In this document: positions 52,100 to 64,000 of the stretch, piece by piece
Numbering within the stretch: the stretch's first letter is position 1
Layout: each line of letters begins with the position of its first letter
Origin: Longimicrobiales bacterium
GTDB taxonomy: Bacteria > Gemmatimonadota > Gemmatimonadetes > Longimicrobiales > Gaopeijiaceae
Direction of reading: 5' to 3'
Assembly (NCBI GenBank): GCA_965198065.1
Contig: CBDAON010000004.1
Location: forward strand, 832,001 to 896,000
DNA: 64,000 nucleotides
Translations under genes and position numbers: made by a program
Notes under the pieces: generated by a model
What the model was told of the DNA's origin: nothing
The model's input: only the letters and a program-made list of their open reading frames with translations
Database searches by the model: none

Positions 52100-53273
52100 G
52101 CGTCACCTGCTGGTTGCCGCGCTGTGCCATGAGGTTCTGTGGCGCGCCCGGACGGCCAGCTGGCCGTCCCGTGGTGCTGGCGGCCGGTCCTGCGCCTGCG
52201 GAGTTCACGGCCTGCACGTAGAAGGTATAGGTGGTGCCGTTGCCGAGGCCGGTGACGATCTTGGTCGTCTGGGTGCCGGTGGACTTCCAGTCGCCGGTGC
52301 TGCCCTGCCGCCACTGGTAGGTGAGGGCTTCCGTCCCCCCGGTGTTGGTCGGAGGATCCCAGTTGAGGGTTACCTGCCCGTCGTCGGGGTCCGCCATCAG
52401 GTTGTTGGGTCGGCCGGGCTTGGTCGTAGGCGTCTGGCCGGTTCTGTTGTCCAGCATATCAACCGTGAACGTCGCCGCATTCTGGCCCTTCAGGTCCTGA
52501 ATCGGCGTATTGACGCTCATGTTGCGGTAGGTGAGCCTCGCCATGTCCCCCGGCTGGACGCCCTCGGGGAACGTCAGGGTCACCGTGTTTCCACGAACGG
52601 ACGACGCCTCCCACGATCGGACAAGCCTCCTTCCCAAAACTCGTCTCCCCTGCCTTCTTGATCTCCATCTTGAAGTAGAGGTCCGGCCGGGTATTCGTGT
52701 TTGACAGATCTTCAAGCAGCGGCCGGTCGAAGACCAGCTTCACCACCGTTCCGTCGATCCACGAATTTACGAGCACGGGCCGGCGGTCGCTCCCGGTTAT
52801 CATGAACCGGCCCTCAGCCGTCATGGAGGTTCCGCTCAGGCTGGCCGTGAGGTAGGCGTACTCACCCGCTTCGTCCTCTTCGTCATCCAGGATCGTGATC
52901 AGCCCCGACACCGAGTTGGACCCGGCTGTGGGAGTTAACCGGTACGGGAGGGACAGCGTGGCGCCGTCCTGGGACATCGTGAAGTCGGCGCCCGGGACAG
53001 GATCTCCACGGAAAGAGAAATCGATGGCTTCACCCGCGACAAACGTCTGTCCGTCGATCTCGACCGTAACCGTCGTGGTGGACGGATTGTCAAAGGACGA
53101 GCCTCCTGACTCCCCAAGATAGTATACCCCAACCGTCACACGGTCAGGCTTTGCGCGGAGGCGGCCGCCGGAAGGCCGAAGAGGACGGTTAGAACAAGCG
53201 TGCGAACAAGTTGTTGGGATCTTCGACAGGCCACCGCAGACCTAGTTCCGCGGGCCCGTCGGATCGATGTCAT
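52100..53273 (-). pseudogene. Secreted Fn3 / SwmB-like repeat protein, frameshifted and truncated (paralog 1)
   Basis: Signal peptide ending ASAQ; IDGTVVKLVFDRPL; QVTLNWDPP...YTFYVQAVNSAG. Confidence 0.7.
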
Positions 53274-53509
53274 CAACTCTTCTACCTCACGAGTCTTCCG
53301 TTCACATCGGTGGTCCGCCCGAAGGGCATCGTGTTGTTGTCGCAGGCAGCATAAGGAGGTCTCTCAATAAAACACCGTATGCGGTTTCAGAGTATACCCG
53401 CAAGCACTAGATATGGACCGAGCCCCGAACAGGAGAATGTCCGTGCGGAGCGGCGGCATTCCATCTACCGACTCACAACCGCGCGGGCTACTAGCAAGAA
53501 TCGGGCCCT

Positions 53510-54471
53510 CCATAGGGATGAGGTTGGTGGCGAGAGCGGTGGTGGTGGTGCTCGTCGAAGTCCAGGTGCCGCCGCTGCCCTGCTTCCACTCGTAGCGTCG
53601 GATGGGCGAACCGTCGTCGTTGGCCGGCGGGCTCCAGCGGATCCGGAACCTGCTGGTTGCCTGGCTCCACCATGAGGTTTTGCGGCGCACCCGGCCGGCC
53701 GAACCGTGGTGTTGGCTGCGGGGCCCGCGCCCGCGGAGTTCCGGGCCTGCATATAAAAGGTGTAGTTGATACCGTTTTCAAGGTTGGGAATGGTGACGGT
53801 CGTGGCGGTGCCGACGGAGGGCCAGGTGCCGGTGATCCCCTGACGCCACTCGTAGGTAAGGGTTTCCGTCCCCCCGGTGTTAGTCGGAGGTTCCCAGCTA
53901 AGGGTCGCCCGCTTGTCGTCGGGTTTCCCTTGCAGGCTGTTGGGCCGACCGGGTTGAGTAGGCGGGGTGAGGCCGGTCCTGTTGGTGACCTGCTTCACGA
54001 ACGTACCGGGATTCACCCCGTTGAGGTCTCTGATCGGGGGATTGATGCTCAGGTTGTGGAAGTACACCCAGACAAGGACCATCGGCTCCACCGCCCTCTC
54101 GAGCGTCAACGTTACCGAATTGCCGCGAACCCGGACCCCGTCAACCACCGGGAATATCCGGCCTGCTGGGTCCGGCTCGTTCGGGAGGAAGACCGGCTCC
54201 TTCCTTTCCCACACTCCGAAGTAGAAGCGTGGGAAGTACTCAGCATTCTCCCCCGACAAGTCCTCCATCAGGCCCTGTCGAAAGTCATCGTCAGGGTATT
54301 TCCGTCCACCGAGCCGTCGACGAACTGCGGCCTGCTTTGGGCGAGGGCGGCCGCGGGAAGGCCAACAAAGAGGGTGACGGTGAGAACAAAAAGGAGTGCA
54401 AACGGCCGGTGCTTTCGATCTGTTGCAAGTGTCCCGTGCCGTTGGTCCGGACGCCTGTAGGAGGGGGTCAT
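53510..54471 (-). pseudogene. Secreted Fn3 / SwmB-like repeat protein, frameshifted and truncated (paralog 2)
   Basis: Signal peptide ending ALAQ; VDGNTLTMTFDRA; TLSWEPP...YTFYMQARNSAG. Confidence 0.7.
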
Positions 54472-54888
54472 GTTGATTCGTCCCAAGTTGGCGTTCTGGA
54501 GGCACTGAGGTGGTCCTACTTCGTCGGACAGGTCCAAGGCAAGGTTAAGGTGGACTCTCGATACAGGGCCACGCGTCGGGGACAGCCGGTGCCGGAGGGC
54601 GGGTGCCGGGCTTGTGGCTCATGCGCGTGCGCTCGTCCTTCATCTTCGATTCGCGCGTCCCCGTCGTGCAGGTGCCGCCACTCGTCGTTCGACCCCTCCT
54701 TCGGCCGCTCCCGGTCCAACTTGTCATCCCCTGTTAACCGAGTCGCGTGCACAAATATGTTGGGGCTCCGGTCCAAAACCGGGGCTAAACCGTTCTGCGG
54801 CGCAGGCTCCTAGGCTAGGCTAAGGCTAAGAACACATCCCGCCCCTGGCGGAGACATCATCCCGCTGGGGGCGGGGGAGGGAAGAAGC

Positions 54889-55539
54889 ATGGACGCGCTC
54901 CCCATCTACAATCGTGCTGGCACTGATCGGCCTGGCGGTGCAACCTCCCCCGTGAACAGGATCGCAGTCAATGCCGGTCCGCACTTCTCGCACTACGACG
55001 AGGAACGGACCCGGGCCATGACGGCCGGCGTCTCGGTCACCACGGATTGGGGCTTGGAGCTGGGTGTCGGCTACGCGCGTAGAGGCCCGAGCGCGCAGAT
55101 CGTGTCGTCGTAGCGGTCTAAGGTTGCCCCGGACTCCGGCATGGACTTCGGGAGAGTTCCGCCCTGCTTCAACGGTGTCCAGCACTTCCACAGGCGGGTG
55201 GACTACATCGACGCGAAGGTGCTCTGGCAAGAGGAGGTCGTGGCGGATGCTCGGTTTGCCGTGCATCTCTTGTTCGGCGGACTCGCTGGGTACGCGAGAA
55301 ACTGCCTCAATGAGCCCCTCGACCACTATCCTGTCGGCGAATGCCTCACGGACGATGACGACCTGATCGCCAGCCTTGTCGCGGGTGCCGGCGTGGATGT
55401 TCACATCGCAAGCCAGTTCGACTTCACGCTGGACTTCCAATACGCGCATGAGCTTGATCGCACGGCAAGGGAGTACCCGCATGGCAGAGTGGGGTATCGC
55501 ACGAGATCTCTGCTCGCGGGCCTCGCCTACTGGCGGTAG
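54889..55539 (+). pseudogene. Outer-membrane beta-barrel-like protein with internal TAG
   Basis: Two ORFs in the same frame separated by TAG at 55111; amphipathic strands, C-terminal GLAYWR. Confidence 0.5.
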
Positions 55540-55550
55540 TTGGATCCCCG

Positions 55551-55760
55551 CTAGGGGGCGCCCAGTTTCAGATTCTGCCAGCCCGGCGGCGCGATGTTGA
55601 GGCTCCGGCCGGTTTCAAGGTCGCACCGCGTCGCGAGGACATGGACGTGAGCGCCTCCGCCGCGCTCGCGCGGCTGTCCGGTCGCGTCCCGCGCCCCGAG
55701 GAGGTAGTCGGCCGCGTCTCGCGCCGATCCTGTCCCGCGCGCGAGGAACTTAATGTGCAT
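55551..55760 (-). pseudogene. MOBP-type relaxase, internally deleted and truncated
   Basis: MHIKFLARGTGS...AADYLL joined directly to HVHVL...DLETGRSLNIAPPGW. Confidence 0.7.
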
Positions 55761-56091
55761 CGGGGTCCGGGCACCCAGCGGGAGCCAGCGCCGCGAGCGC
55801 CCGCTCGATGGCGGCCAGATGGACGATCACCTCGACGGCCTCGATGGCCCCCTTGTGGGTATTGGACCAGCGGGCGATCTGGTTGAGGTTGTTGCCGATG
55901 CGCGCCAGCTCGCGGGTGCGCTCGCGCTCCACCTCGGCGTGCGCCACGGTCTAGGTGCGCACCCGGCCAACCGACCGGCGCACCAGATCCGACAGCGTCA
56001 AGCCTGCCGAGCGCGCCTTGGCGTGCCACTCGGCACGCTCCGCCTCGCTGGCGCGGATCTTCACCCACACGTCGCGTCCAGCGCCCCTCAT
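55750..56091 (-). pseudogene. mobC: MobC relaxosome protein with internal TAG
   Basis: RHH-like N-terminus; ELARIGNNLNQIAR; TAG at 55951-55953. Confidence 0.85.
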
Positions 56092-56275
56092 GTGCCGTTG
56101 CCGTTGGGGGGGTCAGAGGGGGCACAGCCCCCCGCCAGCCCCTGCCGGGGACCCGCGAAGCGTGGCCCCAAAGGGTAGGCTGACTCCTGGCTGCTAACGG
56201 GTCATGAGCCAGCCTTCGCGCCCCCGCTCTTGAGCGCCTGACGGACTCGTCCGCCGGCACTGCGAGCGCGGCGGA

Positions 56276-57275
56276 TCAACCGACGTGCTGGGCCTCCGGG
56301 TCCCGACACTCGCCCGCGAGATAGGCCGCCCAATCGTCCATGAGGACGCGCCTGCGCTCGAACAGGTCCGAACGCGCATAGGCCGCTTCCACCTTGTCGC
56401 GGACCACGTGGGCCAACGCGGCTTCGGCGACTTCACGCGGGGCGGTGGAACACTCGCCGCACCAGTCCCTGAAGCTGGACCGGAAGCCGTGCGGCACGGC
56501 CGCGATCCGCAGTCCCCGAAGCAGGGTGGAGAGGGTGCTGCCGGACAATGGACGGCCCTCCGACGACGGGAAGACCAGACCGCCGCCGCCCCCGAGCGTC
56601 CGCGCCTCGCCCAGTATCTCCACGGCGCGCCCTGACAGCGGCACCCTGTGGGGGCGCTGGGCCTTCATGCGCTCACCGGGGATGGTCCACTCGCCCGCCT
56701 CGAGATCGATTTCATCCCAGCCCGCCAAGCGAACCTCGCCGGAACGGCACGCCGTCAGCACCATGAACTCGAAGGCGAGCTTTGTCGCGACGCTCGCTGC
56801 CGAAGTCCGCACCGCCTCGATCGCGCCCGCGACCTCCGAGTGAGGCAACGCTCTCATGTGTTGGACGACAACCCGGTGCCGGCCAAGCGCTTGACCGAGC
56901 ACGTCGCCGGCGGGGTTGTCCGGCCGAAGTCCCATCGCCACCACCCACTTCATCACCGCCCCGATGCGCTGGCGCACCCGTCGGGCGGTCACGTGCCTGT
57001 CGTGCCAGATCGGCGTCAGAACCGCCAGAATGTCGGCCGTCGTTATCTCGCCGACCGGTCGATGGCCGAGCTCCGGGAACGCATGGGCGCGCAGGCTGGA
57101 GATCCAGTCGTTCGGATGCTTGCGGCTGCGCCAGCCGGGCCGCTTCTGTTCCAGAACGCGGGCGGCCGCCTCGGCGAACGTGGGCATGTCCCGGACCTCG
57201 TGCCGCTCGGTCCGCGGATCACCACCCGAGCGCGCAATCTTGCGGTTCATGAACGCCTTCTCGCGCGCCTCGGCC
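56276..57275 (-). pseudogene. P4-like tyrosine integrase, 5'-truncated paralog
   Basis: Closely similar to 43421-44629 from AEAREKAFMNRK onward; arm-binding N-terminus missing. Confidence 0.9.
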
Positions 57276-57343
57276 ACAATACGCTGTGCTCTCCATCGGC
57301 GGCCCAGGTGCCCTTCCGCAAGGGATATTGAGGCCAGGAGTGA

Positions 57344-57718
<375 letters not shown>

Positions 57719-57725
57719 GGTGGCC

Positions 57726-59279
57726 TCATACGGGCGGGGACCTCATTCGGGTGGGGGCCTCCATCATCTGCACGATTTCGTGCCGGTCCTCCTCGGAGGG
57801 GAAACCCCATCCCGAGCGGTACCCGAAAAGCTCGGTGAGCGTAGCGGATGCAAAACGCCCATCCAGGATCTCGATCATGTCCCCCGACAGGAGGCCCGGA
57901 TGCTCTGCGCCACTCACGCGGGTCAGTTGTAGAATCTCCTTTCGAAGCGTGATCACATAGTTGGCCAGGCGGGCGGCCTTCGAGGTCGGATCCAAGCCCC
58001 GCACCAACCAACGATTCTGGGTCGCCACTCCGGTGGGGCAGCGTCCCGTATGGCACCTCTGGGCCTGGATGCATCCGACGGCCATCATTGCCTCGCGTGC
58101 CACGTTGATCGTGTCGCACCCGAGCGCAAAGGCGACCATCGCGTTGGCCGGTAGACCCAGTTTACCCGACCCCATGAGGACGACATCCTCGTGGATTCCC
58201 GCCTCGGCGAGAATTCGATACACACGGCTGAATCCAACCTTGAAGGGCAACGCCACGTGATCAGAGAACGCGAGGGGGGCGGCCCCGGTCCCGCCCTCTC
58301 CCCCATCGATGGAGATGAAGTCGACCCCCCGATCCCTCCTCGACATGAGGTTCACCAGCTCCTCCCAGAAGTGGTGCTCCCCGACCGCGGATTTGATGCC
58401 GATGGGTAGCCCGGTCGCGTCGGCCAACATTTCCACGAAATCCAGCATTTCATCGACGCCCCCGAAGGCGGAGTGCCGGGCCGGACTGAACACGTCCTCG
58501 CCCACGGGAACGCCCCGAATCCCGGCGATCTCCCTCGTGACCTTGGCGCCTGGAAGCAATCCTCCGAGGCCAGGCTTGGCCCCTTGGCTAAGCTTGATTT
58601 CCACCGCCTGAACGGGGCTCATGTCGATCTGATCCAGGAACAAGTTCATGTCGAAGCCACCGGTTTTCGAGCGGCAACCGAAATAACCCGTCCCCAACTG
58701 CCAGATCAGAGCGCCGCCCTGCCGATGATATGGGGAGATTCCCCCTTCGCCTGTGTTTTGGAGGCATCCCGCAATCCTGGCACCCTGGTTCATTGCACTG
58801 ACCGCGGCGCTCGACAACGAGCCGAAGCTCATCGCGGAGATGTTCACGGCCGAGTCGGGGCGGAAGGACCGTGCCCGCCCTCGAGCGCCGCCCAGAATCT
58901 TAGCGCATGGAAGCGGATAGGTCTCGTCGCATCCTGCCTTCGCGAAGGCCTTTCCGACCGCAGATTGCCCCGTACCCATGACCTGATGCTTGACGATGAC
59001 GTAGTTGGACGTCCCTTCGAGGTCGTTGTCCGTGCCGAACCCGAAGTAGTTGTTGGCCTTCTTACTCGATGCGTAGACCCACCTCCGTTGGTCCCGACTG
59101 AAGGGCCGCTCCTCGTCATTGTCCGTGACGATGTACTGCCTCAACTCGGGGCCGATCGCTTCCAGGATATATCGGAAGTGGCCAATGATGGGAAAACTTC
59201 GAAGAATGGCGTGTCGCTTCTGGAGAACGTCGTAGAGCACGACTACCACCACCGCGAGTCCTACAACCCAGAGCCACAT
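57726..59279 (-). CDS. FMN-binding glutamate synthase family protein
   Basis: ISAMSFGSLS, NTGEGG, EIKLSQGAKPG, DGGEGGTGAAP, CIQAQRCHTGRCP. Confidence 0.92.
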   Translation of the reverse strand: MWLWVVGLAVVVVVLYDVLQKRHAILRSFPIIGHFRYILEAIGPELRQYIVTDNDEERPFSRDQRRWVYASSKKANNYFGFGTDNDLEGTSNYVIVKHQVMGTGQSAVGKAFAKAGCDETYPLPCAKILGGARGRARSFRPDSAVNISAMSFGSLSSAAVSAMNQGARIAGCLQNTGEGGISPYHRQGGALIWQLGTGYFGCRSKTGGFDMNLFLDQIDMSPVQAVEIKLSQGAKPGLGGLLPGAKVTREIAGIRGVPVGEDVFSPARHSAFGGVDEMLDFVEMLADATGLPIGIKSAVGEHHFWEELVNLMSRRDRGVDFISIDGGEGGTGAAPLAFSDHVALPFKVGFSRVYRILAEAGIHEDVVLMGSGKLGLPANAMVAFALGCDTINVAREAMMAVGCIQAQRCHTGRCPTGVATQNRWLVRGLDPTSKAARLANYVITLRKEILQLTRVSGAEHPGLLSGDMIEILDGRFASATLTELFGYRSGWGFPSEEDRHEIVQMMEAPTRMRSPPV

Positions 59280-59397
59280 GGCCTAATTCCTGTCGTGGTC
59301 AGTGAGATAAACACTTACTTCATACTGCCCCAAAAGAACACCTACAAGGTCTCTCTGGACTAGACTGTTGGGATCTCCGGCCGGAGCTAGGATCAAA

Positions 59398-59640
59398 GGG
59401 TGTGTAAAAAGAGAGGCGACGTACCTTTCCGCTGAGATTTAAACCAGCGAGCCCGGGTGACAGCCCGGGGAAAGGGACGTCGCCTCATGAGAGAGGATAT
59501 CGCGGGAGTGGGGAGTGAGTCCACCGGGACGACGCGGGAGGTGCTCGAGGGTTGGGTACGGGAGCGGGCCCAGGAGTTGATTCAGGGCATCCTGGAGGAG
59601 GAGGCTACGGACGGATATGAGTGCGACAGGAATGCTGCGC
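59398..59640 (+). mobile_element. IS256-like left end and truncated transposase start
   Basis: GGGTGTGTAAAAA terminus; WVRERAQELIQGILEEE. Confidence 0.5.
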
Positions 59641-59686
59641 CTCGCGCGGGAAACCGGCATCTAAGTCGCAGTTCGCGGAGCTGACC

Positions 59687-60974
59687 TGATCTGACCCCCT
59701 AAAACGAGACCGAGTCCAGTTTTAGAATCTGGACGGGGTCAAGACACGAAAGGGGAGGGCACACAATGGTTGCACCAAAGAGGCTGAGTCCGGCACAGAT
59801 CATCAACCGGCTACGCAAGGCGGAGGTGGCCCTGGCGAACGGCAATACGACCAAAGAGGTGTGGCGAGACCTGGGGGTGAGCGAGCAGACATACTACCGA
59901 TGGCGGCGGGAGTACGGGGGAATGAAGCTGAGCCAGGCGAAGCGTCTCAAGGAGCTCGAGGGAAGGAGAACCAACAGCTGAAGCGGGCGGTGGCAGAGCT
60001 GACGCTGGACAAGCTGATCTTGAAGGAAGCCTCCGAGGGAAACTACTGAGCCCCGAGTGGCGCAGACGCTGCGTGGTGCAAGTACGCCAGCGGCTTGGGG
60101 TGAGTGAGCGCAAGGCGTGCCGGGTGTTGGGCCAGGCACGCTCGACGCAGCGTCGGATACCGAAGCGAAGCGAAGATGAGGAGGCGCTGAGAGAGGACGT
60201 GGTGAAGGTGGCTCGCAGGTTCGGGCGCTGCGGGTACCGGATGGTGACGGGGATGCTGAGGACGGAGGGCTGGGCCGTGAACCACAAGCGGGTGGAGCGG
60301 ATCTGGAGACAGGAGGGGCTCAAGGTGCCAAGTAAGCAGCCGAAACGAGGGAAGGCTGTGGCTGACCGACGGTTCTTGTATCCGACTGCGGCCCCTGTAC
60401 CGACACCATGTATGGGCGTATGACTTCGTGGCGGACCGGACGCATGATGGACGGCCGCTCAAGATGCTGACGGTGCTGATGAGTACAGCCGGGAGTGCCT
60501 GGCGATCGTGGTGACTCGCAGGCTTCAGGCGGACGATGTTCTGCAGACGCTGAGCGAGCTGTTTGCCGAGCACGGTCCACCGGCGAATCTTCGCTCCGAC
60601 AACGGTCCGGAGTTCACGGCCCGAGTGGTTCGGCAGTGGCTCGGTGAGCTAGGCGTGAAGACGCTGTTCATCGAGCCGGGCAGCCCGTGGGAGAACGGCT
60701 ACAATGAGAGCTTTAACGGCACGCTCCGAAACGAGCTGCTGAAGCGCGAAATCTTCCATTCGCTGGAGGAGGCGAAGGTGCTGATCGAGCAGTGGCGGCG
60801 CGAATACAACACGCATCGACCGCACAGCTCTCTGGGTTATCGACCCCCGGCCCCCGAAGCGATCCGGCCAGACCCAAAGCTGCTCAACCTACCTCTGCTT
60901 CTTGGACCACCCCCCAGCCAAAAGGAGGTGCTTGGACTAACACTCTAGGTGGTACCGCTTTTGGGGGCAGGTCA
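59687..60974 (+). mobile_element. IS3-family element C, full length, multiple frameshifts
   Basis: IRs TGATCTGACCCCC / GGGGGCAGGTCA; orfA, GGGAAAC, SDNGPEF, PWENGYNESFNG. Confidence 0.9.
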
Positions 60975-61110
60975 GTGGGACACCCAAAGTTGCGCACCCG
61001 GTCTTTAAAGCTGTGTGGGCATCACCTCCTTGGGCTGGGGAGAGTCAGACGCGGGCTGCTTGAGCAGTCCTGTCGATCGCGCGAAGTCAGCTTCGCCCTG
61101 CAGAGACTGG

Positions 61111-61731
61111 TGACGTGACACCCTTAGTTGATCCGTTTATTCCCTGACTCCATGTGGTGGTTGAGGGCGAAGTCCGCAGGTGGGAGATCGCCCAGGGCGC
61201 TGTGGGGTCGGACGCGATTGTAGTCCTGCCTCCAGCGTTCGATCGTGTGCCTCGCATCCCGTAGGGAGAGGAACCAGTGGAGGTTCAGGCACTCGTCCCT
61301 GAAGCTCCCGAGGAAGCTCTCGACGAAGCAGTTCTGAATCGGCTTGCCCGGCTGTATGTATTCTATCTTGAGGTCCCGGGAGTAGGCCCAGGCGTCGAAG
61401 GCACGGCTCGTGAACTCGGAGCCGTTGTCGCAGATCACGCGCTCCGGCAAGCCGCGTTCCTCCCGAAGTCTCTCGAGCACCTCGATCACGCTCGCCGCAG
61501 GGATCGAGTGAGCGACGTGGAGTGCCAGGCACTCGCGGCTGAACTCGTCGATCACCGCGAGGCACCGGAACACTCGGCCCGTACTCAGCGTGTCCATGAT
61601 GAAGTCCACGCTCCACCGCTCGTTCGGATGGCCGAGTGGGTCACGCACCGGTCGTGGTACCTGGCTCCGTCGTCTCCGACCCTTTCGCCGCACCGCGAGC
61701 CCTTCCTCGCGGTAGAGCCGGTGGATCCGCT
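61111..61731 (-). mobile_element. IS3-family element B, copy 2, truncated by element A
   Basis: Appears identical to 34605-35225 by eye. Confidence 0.92.
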
Positions 61732-63004
61732 TGACCTGCCCCGAAGAGCGGTACCACAACCTATGTTAGTCCCAGCACCTGTGGAGGGCGGTGAAGGACG
61801 GGCATCCTCAGGAACCAGGGCGACGGCTTAATCGCCTCAGGGGCCGGGGGAAAGCCGCCGCAGGCGCTGTGGGGTCGGACGGTATCGTACTCGCGCCTCC
61901 ATTGCTCGACCAGCACGGCCGCCTCCGCCAACGAGCAGAAGATCTCCCCGTTCAACAGCTCGTCCCTGAGCTTGCCGTTGAAGCTCTCGTTGTAGCCGTT
62001 CTCCCACGGGCTGCCCGGCTCGATAAAGAGCGTCTCGACGCCCACGCGCCCCAACCACCGCCGCACGGGCTTCGCGGTGAACTCCGGTCCGTTGTCCGAC
62101 CTCAGATACTCGGGAGGGCCCGTGTCGGACGAACAGATCGTCCAGCACCTCGAGCACGTCGTGCGAGCGGATCTTGCGAGCCACCACGATCGCCAGGCAC
62201 TCCCTCGTGTGCTCGTCCAGCACTGTCAGCAGCTTCAGCGCACGCCCGTCGTGCGTCCTCGAGGCCACGAAGTCGTACGACCAGACGTGGCCCCGATACA
62301 GCGGCCTCAGCCGGATGCACGATCCGTCGTTGAGCCACAGCCGACCTCGCTTCGGCTGCCGCTCCGGGACCTTCAGCCCCTCCTGCCTCCAGATCCGCTC
62401 CACCCGCTTGTGCTTCACCCCCCAGCCCTCGATGCGGAGCGTGTCCGTGACGCGTCGCTAGCCGTAGCGGCCGAATCGACTCGCGAGTCGCACGATATCA
62501 CCTCGGAGCGCCCCCTCGTCACTCGCCACTTTCCTCGCCCCGCGCTGGGTCGTGCGTGGCTGCCCGAGCACCCGGCACGCTCTCCTCTCCGACGCCCCGA
62601 GCTGCTGACGTACACGCACCACACAACGTCGTCGGCCCTCGGGGCTCAGAAGTTTCCCTTGGCCGCTTCCTCCACGATCAGCTTGTCCAGTGTCAAGTCC
62701 GCCACTGCTCGCTTCAGGCGCCCGTTCTCGCGCTCGAGCTCCTTCTCAGGCGCCGTGCCTGGCTCACCTTCATCCCGCCGTACTCCCGCCTCCACCGGTA
62801 GTACGTCTGCTCGGTGATGCCGAGCTCCCCCCTGATCAGCTTCACGGATTTGCCGCCGGCCAGACCGACCTCTGCCTCCCGCACTGCAGTGATGATCTGC
62901 TCCGGAGTGTGTCGCTTCCTTCCCATCCTGACCTCCTCGCTGAAAAGCTTCGGACCAGGCCGATCCTAACATTGCACCTGGTCTCGTTTCAGCGGGTCAG
63001 GTCA
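61732..63004 (-). mobile_element. IS3-family element A, copy 3, full length but inactivated
   Basis: IRs TGACCTGCCCCG / CGGGTCAGGTCA; same TAG and +1 lesions as copy 1, plus an orfA frameshift. Confidence 0.92.
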
Positions 63005-63244
63005 GGTAGAGTCTGAGTTTTTGCAACTGGATTCATCGCAACGCACAGGCTATCCTCGCTGGTGAGGGTGGCCAGCTTGCAACCATTGATCAACCATGCC
63101 TGACCCCGTCCAGCTTCCTCACCCACTGACATTGCAGTCGTCGAGGAGCCGTTCGCCGACCTACTTGACCGACCCGGATGCCTTGCAGCGAGTTCTTTGT
63201 CAGGTCGGAGTGCCGGACTGGGTGGCGTATCTATCGAAGGGCCC

Positions 63245-64000
63245 GTGAACGAAGCAACTGACCAGCAGCATCCAAGAGAAGAGTTCGCCGTCGACGTGGA
63301 CCTCCAGCACCGCCTCGACAACTTCGTCAGGGCCTACCGGGTCCAGGGCCATAGGGACGCCCGCATTGATCCGTTGGAGATCGCCCCCGGCATGAGCCCC
63401 GAATTGGATCCGGGCTACTACGGCCTCCGTTCGCAAGACATGGACAGGAAGATCTCGCCGAAGACGCTCTCGGGCTGCGAGCTGGACACCCCTCGCGAAG
63501 TCATCGAACGGCTCCGTGAGACCTACACGCGTTCGATCGGCGTGCAATTCATGCACATCGACGACGTGGAAGTACGCGAGTGGCTCCAGCAGCGGATGGA
63601 ACCCGTCGGCAATCGTGTCACCCTCTCATTGGCACGCAAGTTGCGAATCCTGACCAAGCTGACCGACGCCATCATCTTTGAGGAATTCATCCAAAAGAGA
63701 TTCCTCGGCTCAAAAAGCTTTTCGCTGGAAGGCTGCGAGACCTTGATCCCGCTACTCGACTTGCTGTTCGAACGAGCTTGCCGGCAGGGAGTCAACGATA
63801 TCGTTATGGGCATGGCGCACCGCGGCCGCCTCAGCGTCCTCACCAACGTCATCGGTAAGAACGCCCAGGAAATTTTCCGTGAATTCGCCGATGCGGATCA
63901 CGTGCATTACGAAGGGCGGGGGGACGTGAAATACCATCTCGGCTACCAGACGAGATGGACGAGCTCCCAAGGCGGGGGCCTCCGGCTTTCCCTGTGTTTT
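63245..64000 (+). CDS. sucA: 2-oxoglutarate dehydrogenase E1 (runs off window; short N-terminus)
   Basis: AYRVQGH...DPL, SIGVQFMHI, FSLEG, GMAHRGRL, GDVKYHLG. Confidence 0.88.
   Translation, partial: MNEATDQQHPREEFAVDVDLQHRLDNFVRAYRVQGHRDARIDPLEIAPGMSPELDPGYYGLRSQDMDRKISPKTLSGCELDTPREVIERLRETYTRSIGVQFMHIDDVEVREWLQQRMEPVGNRVTLSLARKLRILTKLTDAIIFEEFIQKRFLGSKSFSLEGCETLIPLLDLLFERACRQGVNDIVMGMAHRGRLSVLTNVIGKNAQEIFREFADADHVHYEGRGDVKYHLGYQTRWTSSQGGGLRLSLCF

Noticed and set aside
31922..55953. Several in-frame TAG codons (IS orfB, beta-barrel gene, mobC) as stop-codon recoding
   Set aside because: Core genes such as recR and ychF end in TAG, and the replaced residues differ (Tyr, Trp)

Overview
A GC-rich bacterial window in two halves. 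Gene order and protein style suggest Gemmatimonadota (inference only). Bases 1-31.2 kb are mostly minus-strand housekeeping genes: prs-rplY-pth-hppA, ychF, rpsF/rpsR-DUF2232-rplI-rsfS, smc, yraN, SRP RNA, dnaX-ybaB-recR, mglA-pgsA-cinA-grpE-dnaJ. A small decayed metal/redox accessory cluster sits at about 17-22 kb. At 31211-31251 only the 3' half of a tRNA-Gln(TTG) is present, which looks like an att site. Everything to its right is a heavily fragmented genomic island. It carries several IS3-family elements, an IS256 stub, two P4-like integrases and mobC/relaxase remnants. Its defence genes are a DUF499 ATPase, AbiE, a type ISP-like MTase, a GHKL ATPase-Dcm-Vsr operon, a type III Res fragment and DUF429. 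It also has host-interaction-style cargo (Ig-like metallopeptidase, Fn3, ankyrin, LRR) and metabolic gene pieces (ahcY, FMN glutamate synthase-like, sucA). The most notable observations are: a single-ORF fusion of ribosomal proteins S6 and S18 with a candidate S6:S18 leader; a 165-bp structured intergenic repeat with covarying stems; an SRP RNA lacking the GNRA tetraloop; and the GHKL-nuclease/Dcm/Vsr module. All calls come from reading the sequence by eye; no searches were run.
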